Positions 54,345-56,047 of a stretch of 56,047 nucleotides of DNA are shown one piece after another. The notes beneath the pieces are model-generated. The model made no database searches. It was given only the letters and a program-made list of their open reading frames with translations, and had not been told where the DNA came from. The stretch lies in IMG/VR virus record IMGVR_UViG_3300032342_000007, positions 1-56,047 of that record. One strand, written 5' to 3'. Numbering within the stretch: position 1 is the stretch's first letter; every line of letters begins with the position of its first letter. The translations under genes were made by a program, and so were the position numbers. Origin of the DNA: a virus (taxonomy: Duplodnaviria; Caudoviricetes).

Positions 54345-54890
54345 TCACCGCAACCGTGCAGCGGCGGTGTACTTCGCGAAGACGCTCAGCAGCTCAGGCG
54401 GACCTCGGGCCGCGCGCTTCGTGCCCTCCCAGACCAGCAAGATGAGGTGCTTCTTCGCTACCCGGTCAAGCAGCTTCTTTCCGTGCCAGCCCGTGAATCC
54501 GCCCGGCACGACCTCGCGCGCGTGGAAGAACTGAATCCCGGTGGCCTTCGTGAACGCGCCCTCAGGACGCATTGCGGACCACTCCAACAGCACGCCGCAC
54601 TTGTCGGGCCGTTCTTCCTCTCGAAGCAAAGGGAACAGCGCCACCTTTGGGAACGGCAGCGGCACGTCTTTCGGCTCACCCAAGAGGGTGTGGCCCTGCT
54701 GGATTGGGAGAAGAACGTTGATCTCCGCCAGCCAATGGCAACTGTACTCAGCGCACTCAGTCGGACGCGTCGCATAGACGGCGCAGCCCTTCTCGCACTG
54801 GTTCGGGCAGACCCGGTACTCAGGCTTGTCGAGGGTAGGGATTCTCAGCGTCGAGCAGCACGCCGTGCAGCCACCGCATTCGCGTGTCAT
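54345..54890 (-). CDS. YkgJ-like CxxCxxCC Fe-S/Zn protein (leaderless)
   Basis: CGGCTACC...CPN...CAVYATRPTEC..Y.CHWL...RPDKCG. Confidence 0.8.
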   Translation of the reverse strand: MTRECGGCTACCSTLRIPTLDKPEYRVCPNQCEKGCAVYATRPTECAEYSCHWLAEINVLLPIQQGHTLLGEPKDVPLPFPKVALFPLLREEERPDKCGVLLEWSAMRPEGAFTKATGIQFFHAREVVPGGFTGWHGKKLLDRVAKKHLILLVWEGTKRAARGPPELLSVFAKYTAAARLR

Positions 54891-54896
54891 ATGGGG

Positions 54897-54925
54897 GCTC
54901 TATCAACAGGCCGCGCGATTGTCAT
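54897..54925 (-). promoter_or_regulatory. Phage promoter, leaderless
   Basis: ATGACA-ATC..(17)-TAGAGC, 6 nt, ATG. Confidence 0.5.
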
Positions 54926-54977
54926 GCTCGGCCGCCGTCGATTTCTTCACCGCCTCGATTCGAGGTAGAAACACTCA

Positions 54978-55553
54978 ATGACCACCATCGCTCTGCTTGG
55001 CGGATCTTTCGACCCTCCGCATCTCGGACACCTCGCAGGAGCGAAGTGGGTGCTGCGCCAGAGCGGTATCGACGAAGTCTGGCTTCTCCCGGCGTTGAAG
55101 CACGGGTTTGGCAAGAACCTGACCCCGTTCAAGGACCGGATGGAGATGACCCGGTTGCTCGTGAAAGGGGTGTCCGGTGCGTCGGCCTCCGACGTGGAAA
55201 CGAAGGCAGGCAGCAGTGGGCGGACGGTGGACCTGCTGGAGTACCTCACCAAGAGGTACCCCCAGTTCAAGTTCCGGTTCGCAGTCGGCACGGACATCCT
55301 CGCCGACCTACACAAGTGGAAGGACCCAGAGCGGGTGAAGGAACTCGCGCCCCTGCTCGTGGTGCCCCGCGCAGGGTACGCCGCGTCAGAGCTGCCGGAG
55401 GTCTCGTCCTCTCAGATTCGGACCGCGCTGGCCGACGGCAGTGACGTGAGCGCGTGGTTGACGCCCGAGGTGGAGAAGTACATCCGCGCGCACGGTCTCT
55501 ACGGCGCGTCCGTGCGCGAGCGGATGGAACGCCTGCTCGCGAACTACCTCTGA
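54978..55553 (+). CDS. nadD: Nicotinate/nicotinamide mononucleotide adenylyltransferase
   Basis: GGSFDPPHLGH, DRMEM, TVDLL, VGTD..HKWK, VSSSQIR, VEKYI..HGLY. Confidence 0.92.
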   Translation: MTTIALLGGSFDPPHLGHLAGAKWVLRQSGIDEVWLLPALKHGFGKNLTPFKDRMEMTRLLVKGVSGASASDVETKAGSSGRTVDLLEYLTKRYPQFKFRFAVGTDILADLHKWKDPERVKELAPLLVVPRAGYAASELPEVSSSQIRTALADGSDVSAWLTPEVEKYIRAHGLYGASVRERMERLLANYL

Positions 55554-56047
55554 GGGTAGCTCGGCATCCGCTGCCCTGCGCTGATGACCTGCGCCACTCG
55601 CGCGTTGAAGAGTCCGCAAGACTGAGCGGCGTTGGCGGCCCAGAAGCACGGCTTGCCGTTCTGCCTCTGGTTGCCGCAGGTGCCGAAGCACTCGCCGGGC
55701 CGGAGATTGCCGGGAGCCCCAACGCGCAGGTGGACACACGGGTGCTGCGCGACGCGAACGGCTTCTTCCGTTCGGACGTTGCGTGCCTCAGTGGGCGCGC
55801 TCTCGACCCGGACGGCTTGGGTTGAGGGGGCGGGGTGCAGTGGATGTGACGCGACCAGCGGCTGGGCCTGCGGACCCTCACCGCGCGGGGGCGGCTGGTA
55901 GGCGGGCAGCTTGTCTGGGGACTCGAACAGCATCGCTCGCTTCTGCGCGATGGAGACGTTCGCCGCCACCTGCGCCGGGAGCGCCTCCAACAGAGGCTTC
56001 GGGGGTTCCGGCGGCGGCTCGGGAGCAGGCGGAGGTTCGGGCGGGGG
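55544..56047 (-). CDS. Pro-rich protein with Cys-rich C-terminus (partial; start beyond the right edge)
   Basis: The frame stays open to the window end (PPPEPPPAPEPPPEPPKP); C-terminal PCVH..C..C..PCFW..C. Confidence 0.6.
   Translation of the reverse strand, partial: PPPEPPPAPEPPPEPPKPLLEALPAQVAANVSIAQKRAMLFESPDKLPAYQPPPRGEGPQAQPLVASHPLHPAPSTQAVRVESAPTEARNVRTEEAVRVAQHPCVHLRVGAPGNLRPGECFGTCGNQRQNGKPCFWAANAAQSCGLFNARVAQVISAGQRMPSYPQR

Noticed and set aside
1-56047. Stop-codon reassignment
   Set aside because: Conserved genes (polA, recA, dnaB, ku, nadD) are full length under code 11, and both TAG and TGA end genes at sensible positions.

Overview
This is a 56-kb segment of a large, GC-rich tailed dsDNA phage genome. 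It is almost entirely coding and mostly on the minus strand. Left arm (minus strand, 1-36.9 kb): terminase large subunit (runs off the left edge and is absent from the ORF track), probable small terminase, family A DNA polymerase, an H1-like basic DNA-binding protein, a zeta-toxin-like kinase with a small acidic partner, a 2540-aa polyvalent protein with tandem HipA/PI3K-like kinase domains, and a ParB-like protein. These are followed by a complete recombination/replication operon (SSB, RuvC, Cas4-like and Hjc-like nucleases, RecA with a Cys-flanked insertion, SF2 helicase, gp32-like SSB, DnaG, DnaB, DnaC-like loader, and an HTH initiator containing iterons), a DnaA-box cluster, and a MoxR/vWA pair. 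Right arm (37-56 kb): membrane and lysis genes (a u-spanin-like lipoprotein, an M15 endolysin), Ku, a 2H phosphoesterase, a cyclic-phosphate-type receiver domain, a transglutaminase-like protein, NadD, and many small genes behind a repeated TTGACAATC promoter, often leaderless. Two candidates stand out as new. (1) An unannotated ~175-nt tRNA-like structured RNA sits between two RNA-end-processing genes. (2) Three unrelated effector enzymes share an LxE site followed by a Trp/Lys module, suggesting capsid-packaged, injected cargo. All calls come from reading motifs by eye; no database search or folding program was run.
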